Assembly: GCA_963709405.1 (NCBI GenBank)
Contig: CAVPXM010000047.1
Coordinates: forward strand, 32,001-96,000
Origin: an uncultured Nitrososphaerales archaeon
GTDB lineage: Archaea; Thermoproteota; Nitrososphaeria; Nitrososphaerales; Nitrososphaeraceae
Length of the DNA stretch: 64,000 nt
Direction of reading: 5' to 3'
Part shown: positions 41,908 to 53,156 of the stretch, piece by piece
Layout of the letters: the number at the start of each line of letters is the position of its first letter
Position numbering within the stretch: the stretch's first letter is position 1
The notes under the pieces: model-generated
What the model saw: only the letters and a program-made list of their open reading frames with translations
Told to the model about the DNA's origin: nothing
The model's database searches: none
Program-made: the position numbers and the translations under genes

Positions 41908-42691
41908 CTAATCATCTGATTGATCTTGCCTAGTTATATGTTCTAGTTTTGCCGTTTTCTTATTATGTTTTGAGAAACTCATCAGATGTCCTCTCATGAG
42001 TTGAATTCCTAATGCAGGATCTACTCCCTTTGGGCATACAGCACTGCAGGACCCTGCGAAGTGACATCTCGATATCCCGTGTCTTTCATCTATAAGATTT
42101 ATGCGTTTTTTACCTGCGTTATCTCTAGAATCTGCAAAATATCGGTAGGCCTGCGCCAGTGCTTGGGGACCAGGGAATTCAGTGTCGGTTGCAACCGAAG
42201 GACACGCGGAATAACACAAACCACATTTAATACAGTACGAGAATTGCAGGTATTTGTCGACATCTTTAGGAGTTTGCGCAAACCATGATAATTCTTTTTC
42301 GTTACTCATATCTGCTTCCTGATTTTGTATATATGGCTCCAAGTTCTTATGATGCTTGAAGAATTGAGTGAAGTCTGTTACAAGGTCTCGAATTATTGGA
42401 AAGTTTCCAAGTGGTTCGCAGGTTATCATGGACGAATTGAGCTCTGAAACTTTGGTGTAACAAGCAAGCCTAGGGATTCCATTAATCTTCATCCCACATG
42501 ATCCACAAGATGCCATTCTGCAGGAATACCTTATGCCTATACTTGAATCAAGATAGCTCTTGGCATATAATAACCCGTCGAGTACCTGTGGTCCAACGCT
42601 GCACAGGTATCTCGAAAATATCGTATTTTGGTGAGTCCTTCTGATTTCCAATTGTTCGGTATACTCTAAAGGTAACTGTCTTAACAGTCAT
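41908..42691 (-). CDS. sdhB: Succinate dehydrogenase iron-sulfur subunit, +1 frameshift near 42585
   Basis: SCRMASCGSC, CIKCGLCYSACP, CHFAGSCSAVCP; true N-terminus MTVKTVTFRVYR...QRWTTVLD lies in the adjacent frame. Confidence 0.93.
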
Positions 42692-42772
42692 AAAAATGTC
42701 TGCTCTTGCTTATGGGAACTTTTCGATCTGTTTTGAACATGATGTAACTTTCCGCTTCCCAACTCAATCATG

Positions 42773-43123
42773 TCATAGCTCCAATCCATTGGCAAATATT
42801 ATGGTTCGAGTGCCATAGGCGATAACAGCTATTGAGGCGATTAATATGCCAAAGCTTACACTTTTTTCCCACTTTCTGTTTTGACGTAGCTCGAGCAATA
42901 TTATCCTCAAACCATTAAAACCATGTATAGCAATAAGTATCAGGATAATTTCAAGGAGAATTGCATACGGGATATTATGATAGTTTCCTATAACGTTCTT
43001 GTAAGCAAGACTCGCAGAAAACGGCATAATGAGACGCATAATTATGTGCACAGCCACCACAAAGAGTGCACCTACTCCAGTCAAGTAATGTATTTTCATT
43101 ATCTGGCTCTCACGCAGGTTCAT
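42773..43123 (-). CDS. sdhD: Succinate dehydrogenase membrane anchor subunit
   Basis: Three TM helices, HYLTG, HGFNGLRII. Confidence 0.87.
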   Translation of the reverse strand: MNLRESQIMKIHYLTGVGALFVVAVHIIMRLIMPFSASLAYKNVIGNYHNIPYAILLEIILILIAIHGFNGLRIILLELRQNRKWEKSVSFGILIASIAVIAYGTRTIIFANGLEL

Positions 43124-43165
43124 TTCATATCATCCCTCCCTCCACTTTTGATATTATGTTCTAAT

Positions 43166-43639
43166 CTATCCTTTTCCAAATAAAACCTGAACTCCAAATA
43201 GCATCGCTAACGCAGCCAATATTAACGCAACCCAGATACCGGATTTCTGGCGATAGTTCAACGAACTTGCTATATATGGGTAATCTGGTCTTCCCGGCGT
43301 ACCCAAGCCTTTCCCAAGATGTGTAAATATTAGCCTGATTCCATTAACTGAATGAAAAGTACTGGTCCCAATGACCAATATTAAAAAGAGGTGACCCCAT
43401 GTAGTCTGAGTTAGCTGCAACATTGAATTCCACACATCTGGTCCGCCAATTATAGAGCTCGTCTCAAACACGTGTCCTATGAAATAGAGTAGTAGAAATA
43501 TCCCCGTCAGCCTCTGAAGCCAATATGAAACTCTTTCCCACCCGTATCCAAAGGGATTGAGCCAAGCCTTGACACCTTCTCGATTTTCGCGGCTATGAAG
43601 ACGATTTCTAGAATTCGTCTTGCCGCTCGGAATCTCCAT
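43166..43639 (-). CDS. sdhC: Succinate dehydrogenase cytochrome b subunit
   Basis: LQRLTG, GHV, FHSVNGIRL; three TM helices. Confidence 0.87.
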   Translation of the reverse strand: MEIPSGKTNSRNRLHSRENREGVKAWLNPFGYGWERVSYWLQRLTGIFLLLYFIGHVFETSSIIGGPDVWNSMLQLTQTTWGHLFLILVIGTSTFHSVNGIRLIFTHLGKGLGTPGRPDYPYIASSLNYRQKSGIWVALILAALAMLFGVQVLFGKG

Positions 43640-45354
43640 TAGTATTTCCTCTCAACAGGTGCATAGCGCGTAAACGCTATTGGATGCCAAGCTACTTTTG
43701 GCTCACCAGCAGTGTAATAAGAAAGAGAGTGTTTCAAAAATTTCGCATCATCTCTTAAAGGATAGTCAAGTCTTGCGTGAGCTCCCCTTGATTCACAACG
43801 ATTTAACGCATTCACTAAGACAACCTCTGCAATAGTAAGCATGGAATCGGTCTCCATAACATTAATAAAATTAGTATTATACTCCTTAGCTCTATCATCT
43901 ACGTGTTTCCATGTTTGTAATCTTAGGTTTCTGAGCTGTTTCAAACCTTCAGCTAAACTATTTTCGGTTCTGAACACATAAGCTTTATCATCCATCATAT
44001 CTGTTAACTGTTTTCTAACCTCGTAGGGATTTGCCTCACCCCTTCCCCTAAATATTCCGTCAAATATCCTTTTTTCTTCCTCAGTAACCTGTTCTAATGG
44101 CGTGGAGTGAGATATGTCCATGCGGGCTAACGCATGTTTTGCAGCATGGTCTCCAGTAATATTTCCCCACACCAGACACTCAGCTGTCGAATTGGCACCT
44201 AGGCGATTTGCTCCATGTGTGCTATTACACGCTGCTTCCCCTGCAGCCCACAACCCATTCAATTCAGTTTCTCCTTCGATATTTGTATGAATTCCCCCCA
44301 TCATATAATGGCAAACGGGCCTGACCTCTATTGGTTCGTTGATAATATCGACTCCAGAAAATTTAAAACCAATTTCCCTGATCCCAGCCAAGCGATCTTT
44401 TATTTTCTCTGGTCCAAGATGACTAAGGTCTAATTTCAAACAGCTCATACCACTATCATGTTTGAACCCTCTACCCTCTTGAATCTCGCGTATCATTGAA
44501 CGTGAGACTACGTCCCTAGGTGCCAATTCCAGTTTTTCTGGTGCATATCTCTTCATGAATCTTTCATTTTGATTGTTTATAAGATATCCTCCTTCCCCTC
44601 TCGCCCCTTCAGTAATGAGTATGCCGGATGGCAAGATACCGCTAGGATGGAATTGAACAAATTCCATATCCTTGAGGGCAAGCCCCCCGCGATAGGCCAT
44701 ATGCAGACCATCTGGTGTAGAGGAATACGCATATGTCGAAAAACCATAAATTCTTCCCGCGCCACCGGTACATATTATTCCTGCGTGTCCTCTTATAATA
44801 AAGAATGTACCGGATTTCATTTCAATTGCAGTCAGCCCAGAAAACTCATTCCCATTAGAAAGTATCGATGTGCAGAACCATTCGTTAAGGAAATCGATGT
44901 TTTCATGTTTGAGGCATGTGTCGTAGAGGGTCTGCATTTCATAAAACCCTACTTTATCTTGAGCATATGTGGCCCTTGGAAAGGAATATCCGCCAAATTT
45001 ACGTTGATCTATCCTCCCATCATCTCTTCTTGACCATGGCATCCCCCAATGATCCAACTGGTATATCTCAAAAGGCATTTTCTCTGCCAGGCGTTCGGCC
45101 ACGTCCTGATCGGCAAGAAAATCGCTTCCCTTTATAGTATCGTATATGTGAGATTCACGGTTATCACCTTCATCCTCGAATAACACCGCTGCAGTTCCAC
45201 CTTCTGCTGAAACCGAGTGTGATCGCATTGCTTGTACCTTCGAAACGACCGCAATGCTTAGCTTATTGCTTTTTGTAGCAGCCGAAATCGCTGCTCGAAG
45301 GCCCGCCAAACCAGACCCTACAACAATAACGTCATAAGAAATAGCTTCAGTCAA
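43639..45354 (-). CDS. sdhA: Succinate dehydrogenase flavoprotein subunit
   Basis: GSGLAG, RSHSVSAEGG (FAD His), QFHP, EGARGEG, HYMMGG, HGANRLG, ESRGAH. Confidence 0.96.
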   Translation of the reverse strand: MTEAISYDVIVVGSGLAGLRAAISAATKSNKLSIAVVSKVQAMRSHSVSAEGGTAAVLFEDEGDNRESHIYDTIKGSDFLADQDVAERLAEKMPFEIYQLDHWGMPWSRRDDGRIDQRKFGGYSFPRATYAQDKVGFYEMQTLYDTCLKHENIDFLNEWFCTSILSNGNEFSGLTAIEMKSGTFFIIRGHAGIICTGGAGRIYGFSTYAYSSTPDGLHMAYRGGLALKDMEFVQFHPSGILPSGILITEGARGEGGYLINNQNERFMKRYAPEKLELAPRDVVSRSMIREIQEGRGFKHDSGMSCLKLDLSHLGPEKIKDRLAGIREIGFKFSGVDIINEPIEVRPVCHYMMGGIHTNIEGETELNGLWAAGEAACNSTHGANRLGANSTAECLVWGNITGDHAAKHALARMDISHSTPLEQVTEEEKRIFDGIFRGRGEANPYEVRKQLTDMMDDKAYVFRTENSLAEGLKQLRNLRLQTWKHVDDRAKEYNTNFINVMETDSMLTIAEVVLVNALNRCESRGAHARLDYPLRDDAKFLKHSLSYYTAGEPKVAWHPIAFTRYAPVERKY

Positions 45355-45626
45355 TTAAGATGCAGTTACTCACTTATGAATGGATATCTATTTCTCATAA
45401 ATATCTTTAGACAGCTCCTACAAAACGACGTACCTCATTGGTCCTCAATCTAGTGCGATGCCATTTATTCATTTGATGTATCTCTTATGGTACATGATTC
45501 GTACCATACTTTACATGCAAGGCCTATATCGACTTCGATGCAGCATGTGACTTGGAAAAGTGATACAAATACTGGGTATGTACAGATGACGTTTCATGTA
45601 TCAATAAATACCTGTTTCATACTATA

Positions 45627-45902
45627 GTGACCTGGACCAGAAATTTGCCTATCGAATACGGCGGCAAAATATATTTTTCGCCTAACACTTCTGACGAAGA
45701 TATAGTTGAAAAGTCGAAAAGGAGGTTGCTCGAGGAAGGAATAAGGCTTGAAGATATAAAAATTAGCTATAACACCCAGGAGTTAGAGGTCGGAGATTTA
45801 TTCATAAACTATGATCCACCAGATCTTGTGGTTCGACGGGGTTATGATAAGAAATCTAATGGTATAATCAAGATGAAAAGTTGTGCTCTTGTAAGAATTT
45901 AA
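45627..45902 (+). CDS. Hypothetical protein (91 aa)
   Basis: GTG start with ATAAATA box about 20-25 nt upstream; fills the gap and converges on hisS. Confidence 0.6.
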   Translation: MTWTRNLPIEYGGKIYFSPNTSDEDIVEKSKRRLLEEGIRLEDIKISYNTQELEVGDLFINYDPPDLVVRRGYDKKSNGIIKMKSCALVRI

Positions 45903-47195
45903 TAATGTGCCATTTTCTCCTCCAAGACTCTAGACAGCTCATCTACATCCTGTTTGAATTCGAAACCATCCAACATCGATCTTATCGTAACGCACCCATT
46001 CTTAGAATCATTTTCTCCTACTATGACCGTTATTACTGCTCCTTTTGCAGCTGCATCTTCGATTTGTCTCCTCAATGACCTGCCAGAAAAGTCGTAATCA
46101 GTAACGTATCCTTTCTCTCGTAGATCAGATACGATATCCATTGCCTGATCCTTCGTATTACTCGAAGCGAATGCCACGTAAATCATTCTAGGCTGCACAT
46201 TGAAGTGCTGATCTTTTCTGAGAGCGGCGATAATCCTCTCAATACCACCTGCTGCACCTGACGCGCCCATATCTTTCCGTCCAAATGCTTCTGTTAGAGT
46301 GTCGTATCTTCCACCCCCTACAAGCGCATCGCTCTTGAACGATTGGTCTATTGCTTCAAAAACGATTCCTGAGTAATAATCTAGCCCGCGGACAATTCCC
46401 AAATTGACCCTGATATTGCTAACTTTTCGCGATCTTAATGAGTCATTTCAGCTGAAACAGATTATTCCAACTTTTTAGACGTCCGGCATCAGCGCTAGAA
46501 TAAACACTATCTATGTTACCTTTTATGCTCGACAGGCTGATTAGTCTGTCTAAAACTGATAAGCTAAGCTTTTCTTTAAATTCGCCATAAACGGCCTCAC
46601 TGCCCTTCTTTGGAACCTTGTCTATAGCTCTGAATATCTCGGTTATAACATGTCTATCCGAAACCAGAAGATACTCGTTTATATATTCCTCCAACAACCT
46701 GCGATCATTTAATTCTATAACGACATTTTTTAATCCCAGTTTTCTCAAAAAAACAGAGACGAATTGAATTGTCTCCGCATCCGATTCATTATTAAATGAA
46801 TCATACATTTCGATATCCCACTGATGAAAATATCTATAGCGACCCGCCTGCGGTTCATCGTATCTCCAAACGCCATCAAACGCCGCTACTTTTATTGGCA
46901 TCTTGAGATCCCTTCTAGACGCAGCAAATCTAGTCAGGCCCACCGTGAGGTCAAACCTCAACGCGACATCTCTATTACCTTTGTCCTTAAAAGCATAGAT
47001 TTCGTTAGAAATTGATGGACCTGCTTTGACCTCTAAGGTAGAGAGCATTTCAAGAGTTGAAGGGACAATTAATTTGAAATTAAATGCTGCTGCGGTCTCT
47101 AAAAACGTATTCCTAATTTCGTTTATTTTGGCAGATTCTTCGTATCCAATATCCCTCATCCCTCTTGGGATTTCGATCTTCACAAACGAATGCAA
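45899..47195 (-). CDS. hisS: Histidine--tRNA ligase, split by +1 frameshift near 46447
   Basis: PRGMRD, LRFDLT, WRYDEPQAGRYRYFHQ, IVRGLDYYSG, GGGRYD, GIER. Confidence 0.95.
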
Positions 47196-47255
47196 ACGTT
47201 GTTCTCATTTAGATTTTGCGATCAATTATTATAATTAATTCAAACTTACCTAGCC

Positions 47256-47687
47256 ATGCGAACAACTGACTATCGTTACCTGGACCACATCGCTGATACG
47301 ATTGTGGAGGCATACGGCAGCAGTTTGGAAGAAGCATTTGAAAATTCTGGCCGCGCGCTAGTTAACATCATGTTTGAATTAAATCAGGTTAATATTAAGA
47401 AGATCATAAGAATCGAAGTACAAGGAAGTGACCTTGAGAATCTACTCTATTCCTGGCTTGAGAAAATACTGCTGCTCGTCCTGGTAGATAGGTTTTTACC
47501 ATCAGAATTTGATGCCAACATTGTTAGGGATAAAAGCGGTATCTCATTAACAGCCACAGCCAGAGGTGAAGACATTGACTATCGGAGACATGTTTATCAC
47601 ATCGAAGTCAAAGCGATAACATACCACGAGATGAGTATCGAGCAGGAACAGGATAATATCACAATAAGATATATTGTAGATCTCTGA
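47256..47687 (+). CDS. Archease
   Basis: YRYLDHIAD, LEEAFEN, EVKAITYH, YIVDL. Confidence 0.93.
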   Translation: MRTTDYRYLDHIADTIVEAYGSSLEEAFENSGRALVNIMFELNQVNIKKIIRIEVQGSDLENLLYSWLEKILLLVLVDRFLPSEFDANIVRDKSGISLTATARGEDIDYRRHVYHIEVKAITYHEMSIEQEQDNITIRYIVDL

Positions 47688-47783
47688 GCCTTCTTGCGCT
47701 TAGGCTTGCGCTTGGCCTATAGGACTGACTGGTACTTTAACAAATCTTAAATACCGAATATATCCTTAAAGTTTTTAAGAATT

Positions 47784-48146
47784 ATGAGTGAGGATAAGAA
47801 AACTGCTAGCTCATCTCCAAGTGGTACAGCTGCCTTATTAGAGCTTTCAGAAAAGAATTTTGATGATGTTGTAAACGCAAACAAACCAGTTTTGGTAGAT
47901 TTTTGGGCTACATGGTGCGGGCCATGCCAATTTATGCTTCCTATTTTTGACAAATTAGCAAAGAAATATGGCGAAAAAGTGTCATTTGGAAGACTAAATG
48001 TGGATGATAATCAAGGTGTTGCTATGAGATTTGATGTTTATGCGATTCCTACCTTCATCATTTTTATGAACGGTAAGGCTGTTGACAGAGCAGTGGGAGC
48101 GGTAGGAGAGAAGGGCCTGGAGGGTCTCTTACAGAAATATCAATAA
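47784..48146 (+). CDS. trxA: Thioredoxin
   Basis: VDFWATWCGPC, LNVD, IPTF. Confidence 0.93.
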   Translation: MSEDKKTASSSPSGTAALLELSEKNFDDVVNANKPVLVDFWATWCGPCQFMLPIFDKLAKKYGEKVSFGRLNVDDNQGVAMRFDVYAIPTFIIFMNGKAVDRAVGAVGEKGLEGLLQKYQ

Positions 48147-48203
48147 CTTTTTGTTATTATGCCGCTTGTTCCTTTAAGAAATTTACGTATTGCCTAGATG
48201 CAC

Positions 48204-49992
48204 TTAAAGGTATCCAAAAGCAGGGTCGTCTTTTCTTTTCAGTAGTAATATCGTATCAAATACGTCTTTCTCTTCTTGGGATAGTCTATGACTAAACCGC
48301 TCGATGAGCATCTTGGCATGGCCACTAGTCAGATCAGTATAAAAATAGTCACCTTCATTAATTTGTCTTCCAATGGTAGGCTCTCTAATGGAAATTGCGA
48401 CCTGCATGCCTCTTATGGCTTCTTCGATCGTCTTGCCACTATCTTGAATTTGATGTACAATACCGATCTTTCTTCCTGTCTCGTTTAAAACTCTGATTTT
48501 CTGTCGAAGCTTTCCAACCAAAATTTCTGCTCCGAAGACCGCAGGGCTATTCCGTCTAAATATGAACCCCTTCATAAACTGGAATTTACAAATTGGCGGT
48601 ATTTCATTGAACAGAATGGATTCTTCATGTTCTTTTTGATATCTGGCCCAGTCAATATAGCCTCGTACTAGGTTGTAAATAATTTGTTCGTTAAATATCT
48701 TCACATCTCTCTCTTGTGCTTCCCTCATCGCATCGTCGAGGATTTTTACATTAAACCCCAGTATTACTCCTAAATACCGATCCTTCTCCTTCACCGCAGA
48801 AGCTCCTATAACGTCTCTCCTTGTAATGTAACCAATATCAGCAGACTGAATTGCTACATTCGCCTTTTTTAGCATGTCAGTGATAGCCTCTATTGAGCCA
48901 AGGGCATCGCACTTCAATATCACACCGTTAGACTCTGTGCTAATTATTGCGGCATTTATTTCAGATTGCAACAATGCTTTGAGACGGGTTTCATCCTCCC
49001 TCTTTTCAAGAACATATATAGGGCTGCCTGCGAGAACCCCGTCCAAGTCAGGCGATGTTATCTTTAGCCCAGCCGCTGATACTACTTCATTTACCGGCAT
49101 GAATTTATCTCGTGGATCGCGCATCTCATCCAATGGTTTTGGTACTAATAGTGCCTTCGCTTTTGTTACAATCGAGGTTTCACGTTTCGCAACAACTATA
49201 GTTGCACCATGCTTTAAAACACCATCTAGTAAAATAATGTTCGCGGTAGGGCCTAGACCTATTTCCTCATTGACTTCGAGTACCTATCCCTCTAGCGGGA
49301 CCTTCGTGCCTCTCCAATTTTAGACCGAGGTACTGTTGTGTTAGCCCGACCAATACAACCAACAATTCAGGGATCCCGACACCTGTTACCGCGCTGACAG
49401 GGACGACAGCAAATTCTCTCGTAAAATCTTTCACTCTCCAGAATGCTTCTGAAATGTAGCCCATCCTTGAAAGTGATCCCACAACATTATAGATTTTTTC
49501 ATCAAGCCTCTGTTGAATAACCAAATCCTGTTTTTTTATTTCTTTACTTATAAGTGAGTTATCACCAGTATTTCGCCACCCGCTAATCGAGTCAACCTTG
49601 TTCAGTGCGATTACAAATGGAACCTTTCTTTTCTTAAGTATATCAATACTCTCGATAGTTTGTGCCTCTAATCCCTTGTTTACATCTACGACGACGATCG
49701 CGATGTCTGCAGCTGAGCCTCCTCTAACACGAAGATTGGCAAACACTTCATGTCCTGGAGTATCAATAACAAGCAATCCCGGAATTTGGGCTTCAGATTT
49801 GGCGAGATTCAAATAAAGATTTCCACAAATTTGCTTAATTACATCAATTGGGAAGAAACTTGCACCAATATGTTGTGTTATTCCCCCTACTTCACGTGCC
49901 TGAACAGCAGTGCCTCTTATCTTATCTAAGAGAGAGGTCTTTCCGGAATCTACATGACCCAATACCACTACTACTGGCTGTCTGAGCTGCAC
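48204..49992 (-). CDS. infB: Translation initiation factor aIF5B/IF-2, split by +1 frameshift near 49283
   Basis: GHVDSGKTSLLD, GGITQHIGAS, DTPGH, NKVD, DALGSIEA, FRRNSPAVFG. Confidence 0.96.
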
Positions 49993-50403
49993 TTAGGTGC
50001 TTCCAAAAACAACTTGCGATTCTTTGATGAAGCTATCATGGGAATCTGAAGCATGAATGATATTATCAGTTAAACCCAACCCAAAATCTCCTCTTATAGT
50101 ACCAGGGGATGCCTCGTAAGATTTTGTCACACCTACCATTGTCCTAACGACATTTATTGCATCATTTCCTTCTAGGATACAAGCCAATACTTTCCCAGAC
50201 GAAATAAATGAGACTAGTTCCCGGAAGAAGTCTCTCTCTTTATGGACATAGTAAAATGCCTCAGCTTTTTCTCTCGAGAATAAAAATAATCTTAGTTCAA
50301 GTATCTGGAAGCCTTTCTCCTCAAATCTAGCCACAATTCGTCCGATTAGCCGCCGTTTGACGGCGTCAGGTTTAATAACTATGAGTGTTTTTTGTGTAAC
50401 CAT
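49993..50403 (-). CDS. ndk: Nucleoside diphosphate kinase
   Basis: IKPDAV, PGTIRGDFG, NIIHASDS. Confidence 0.96.
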   Translation of the reverse strand: MVTQKTLIVIKPDAVKRRLIGRIVARFEEKGFQILELRLFLFSREKAEAFYYVHKERDFFRELVSFISSGKVLACILEGNDAINVVRTMVGVTKSYEASPGTIRGDFGLGLTDNIIHASDSHDSFIKESQVVFGST

Positions 50404-50406
50404 AGT

Positions 50407-50619
50407 CTATTTTCTTACCCTTATTCCTCCTTTCACATATTTGCGAGTCCACTTTAGCTTTCTAGGGTCACGTCTCAGTTCTCGCGAATTCTTCTTACAC
50501 TTTGAAGAACAGGTCCACTGAATCACTCCATCATTTTTTACTAGCATCAAGCCATGACCAGTGACTATACTTTTACCACAAAAAAAGCAGTTACGAAGCG
50601 AAATTGCTGTCTTGCTCAT
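50407..50619 (-). CDS. rpl24e: 50S ribosomal protein eL24
   Basis: CFFCG, CSSKCKKN, PRKLKWT. Confidence 0.95.
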   Translation of the reverse strand: MSKTAISLRNCFFCGKSIVTGHGLMLVKNDGVIQWTCSSKCKKNSRELRRDPRKLKWTRKYVKGGIRVRK

Positions 50620-50647
50620 TTAATAACTATTACCATCCTTGTCCTAG

Positions 50648-50863
50648 TTACTTTATTTTTCGTGCTTCTCGTTCAGTCTCTCTAAGCATCAGTATATCAT
50701 TCATTCTTACAGATCCCTTCACATTTCGCGTCAATATGCGTCCTTTATCCTTGCCCTCTAGCACTTTGACTCTGACTTGTATAACTTCGCCGGCAATACC
50801 CGTTCGACCCACAATTTGAATTACTTCTGCAGGTATGACTTTCTCTTCAGCTGCTTTACTCAT
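50648..50863 (-). CDS. rps28e: 30S ribosomal protein eS28
   Basis: [25 protein letters not shown]. Confidence 0.96.
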   Translation of the reverse strand: MSKAAEEKVIPAEVIQIVGRTGIAGEVIQVRVKVLEGKDKGRILTRNVKGSVRMNDILMLRETEREARKIK

Positions 50864-50872
50864 CCGGATCCC

Positions 50873-51253
50873 TTATTCTTTTTTACCTTTCACTGTCGCA
50901 ATTGAACTTATGACTTGATCGACTATATGTTGCGCTTCTCCGGCTTCCATTATAGTTGCGGCTGCAGAACCTACATCAATTCCAAGTGACGCACCAAGTT
51001 GTTGCTTGCTCGGTACAAAAATGTAAGCAGCATTTCTATCTTCGCAAAGGATAGGTAAGTGTGCAACAACTTCTGGAGGCTCTACGTCTTCAGCAATCAC
51101 AACCAACTTGCTAGTCCCTCTCTCAATCGCCTTTGTTGTCTCGTTAGTTCCCTTTCTCACTTTACCACTTTGTTTAGCCAGTCGTACAGCTTCATAAATA
51201 GCACCAACTAGATCTTTTGGAGTCTCAAACTTTACATAATAAGGCTTACTCAT
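50873..51253 (-). CDS. rpl7ae: Ribosomal protein L7Ae (eL8)
   Basis: RKGTNETTKAIERG, IAEDVEPPEVVAHLP; likely start ATG 51253. Confidence 0.96.
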   Translation of the reverse strand: MSKPYYVKFETPKDLVGAIYEAVRLAKQSGKVRKGTNETTKAIERGTSKLVVIAEDVEPPEVVAHLPILCEDRNAAYIFVPSKQQLGASLGIDVGSAAATIMEAGEAQHIVDQVISSIATVKGKKE

Positions 51254-51258
51254 TTTTG

Positions 51259-51290
51259 ATACAATCACCCTTAGGGATCATTTCTATTCT
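51259..51290 (-). promoter_or_regulatory. Putative kink-turn in the rpl7ae 5' leader
   Basis: Minus strand AUAG-AAAU-GA-U-CCC-UAA-GGG-U-GA-UUGU: tandem GA pairs, U.U pair, CCC/GGG stem; overlaps GGUGA SD-like motif. Confidence 0.55.
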
Positions 51291-51337
51291 CTTGTAGGAG
51301 AATGATATGATATAATAATGTTGTCCATAACCTGTCT

Positions 51338-52718
51338 TTATAGGCTAGTTTCTCTAATGACTTTTTCTATTATGGAGTTGTACTCGTCAACCTTTGAACG
51401 TAACACTAATTCATCAAATGATTCGGCGTAAATCCTCAATAGTGGTTCAGTACCGCTGGGCCTTACTAAAAGCCATGAATCTTTATCAAACCAAATTTTG
51501 ACTCCGTCTATTGTTTCGGTTTTTTGCGGGTTGTTGTGGTGAAGACACAGTTCGACTGCCTTATTTGCAAGATCGATTGTACAGACAATCGAAGCTCGAT
51601 TTATATTGAAATGTCTTAGGCAATTTACTTAGCATTTGAGATAGAGACTCGTTCTCTGTTGATGCGAGCATGTCCAACATTAGTGCGGTAGTCATCGCGC
51701 CATCCCTTACTTGATTCAATTCACCGTACATGAATCCGCCATTTTCTTCTAGCCCTATGATAGATTTGCGTGTTAGCATTTCTCTAGACACTTCGACACT
51801 TCCTACCTTGGTAAATACGACTTTTGAATTTTCTTCTTTCGCCACTAGCGGAACTAACATCGTAGTATTAATTGGGCAAACAATTTCTGCATACCTATGT
51901 CTAGATCTTAATAGGTGTCTAACCAATAATGTCCCTGTCTTATCTCCTGGATAGACTATTCCCTTTTCATCACAAAATATACTACGATCCCCATCACCAT
52001 CGTAAGCTACACCAAAATCTGCTCCTAGATCTCTCACAATGTTACAAAGCGGGCTGAGGTTGGTTGGAGTTGGTTCTGACCCACGGCCAGAAAAGTTACC
52101 ATCTAGAACACCATTAATCGTTATAACTTGACAACCAAGTTGCCTTAACAAGAGCGGAGCTACAAATCCTTGAACCCCGTTTCCCAAGTCCATAACTACC
52201 TTGAACTTTCTCGCACGTATCTTTTCGGTGTCTACTAATGACAGAACCGCGTCTAGATAGGGATCTATAATATTATCATCTTTATATAGCATCCCTAACC
52301 CATCGATTCTAGAGAATTTTTTGTGAAAATAAATTTCTTCAACCTTTAGCTCATCTTCTCTTGAAATTTCTACTCCGTCTGATGCTATTGGTTTGATTCC
52401 ATTGTATTGTGGTGGATTATGCGAGGCAGTGATCATTATACCCCCGCTGTATCGAGACTTTTTTGTTGCGAACTGCAAACAGGGGGTAGGAATTATTCCG
52501 GCATCCCATACATCAAGACCAGCAGAATTTATAGTAGAGCTAACTAGCCGTGATAAAATAGGACTTGACAATCTTGCGTCCCGAGCCATAACTATCCTCC
52601 CACTTTTGAAAAAAGTAGCGAGAGAGTAAGAAAGGTTTACAGTAAGATCAAATTCAAGTTCCCTCCCAAATATTCCTCTAACTCCATTAGTCCCAAAGAG
52701 CTTTTTCCGTGTCTGCAT
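51338..52718 (-). CDS. glmM: Phosphoglucosamine mutase / phosphohexomutase, +1 frameshift near 51580
   Basis: [32 protein letters not shown]; C-terminal IDGVK...[17 protein letters not shown] in the next frame ending 51338; substrate not certain. Confidence 0.85.
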
Positions 52719-52931
52719 CTATATCGATTTGAGTTATATTTTGGTATAGATAATTTATTGGTATCTATAAAAACTACATGGTTTAGATGATATTACTTAC
52801 AAAATCTTATGTAATGGGCCAACTTTGTCTGTGAATTGCTACACTCAACACCAGCTCCTCTACAATTATATATAGTTCATCGACTTAGAAAATAAACAAA
52901 TTTAACCTACCCATGAGCGTAAATAAATAGA

Positions 52932-53077
52932 GCGGGGGTCGCCAAGCCCGGCCAACGGCGCAGGTCTCGTTTTTATTGTAAAAAAGTAATAAAAATCAGA
53001 GGGCGAAGCTTAGAATGAGTCAGGCTCCTATAACCCTGTTCCTCAGGGATTCGTGGGTTCGAATCCCACCTCCCGCA
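52932..53077 (+). tRNA. tRNA-Leu(TAG) with two introns (52965-53007 and about 53016-53033)
   Basis: Acceptor GCGGGGG/CTCCCGC, long variable arm, T arm GTGGG-TTCGAAT-CCCAC; removing both inserts gives anticodon arm CAGGG-CTTAGAA-CCCTG. Confidence 0.88.
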
Positions 53078-53156
53078 CTCGATCATGACCAATTCCATTT
53101 AACTGGCCATTTGTTTCTCGAAAGATAGATAATCTCGTCCCTAATTAGGTCAGACG

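Noticed and set aside
47688-47722. Tandem CTTGCGCTT(A)GGC repeat after archease, reading AKRKPKRKK on the minus strand
   Set aside because: Only two copies, an in-frame stop directly upstream and no start codon; not a CRISPR or a supportable ORF.
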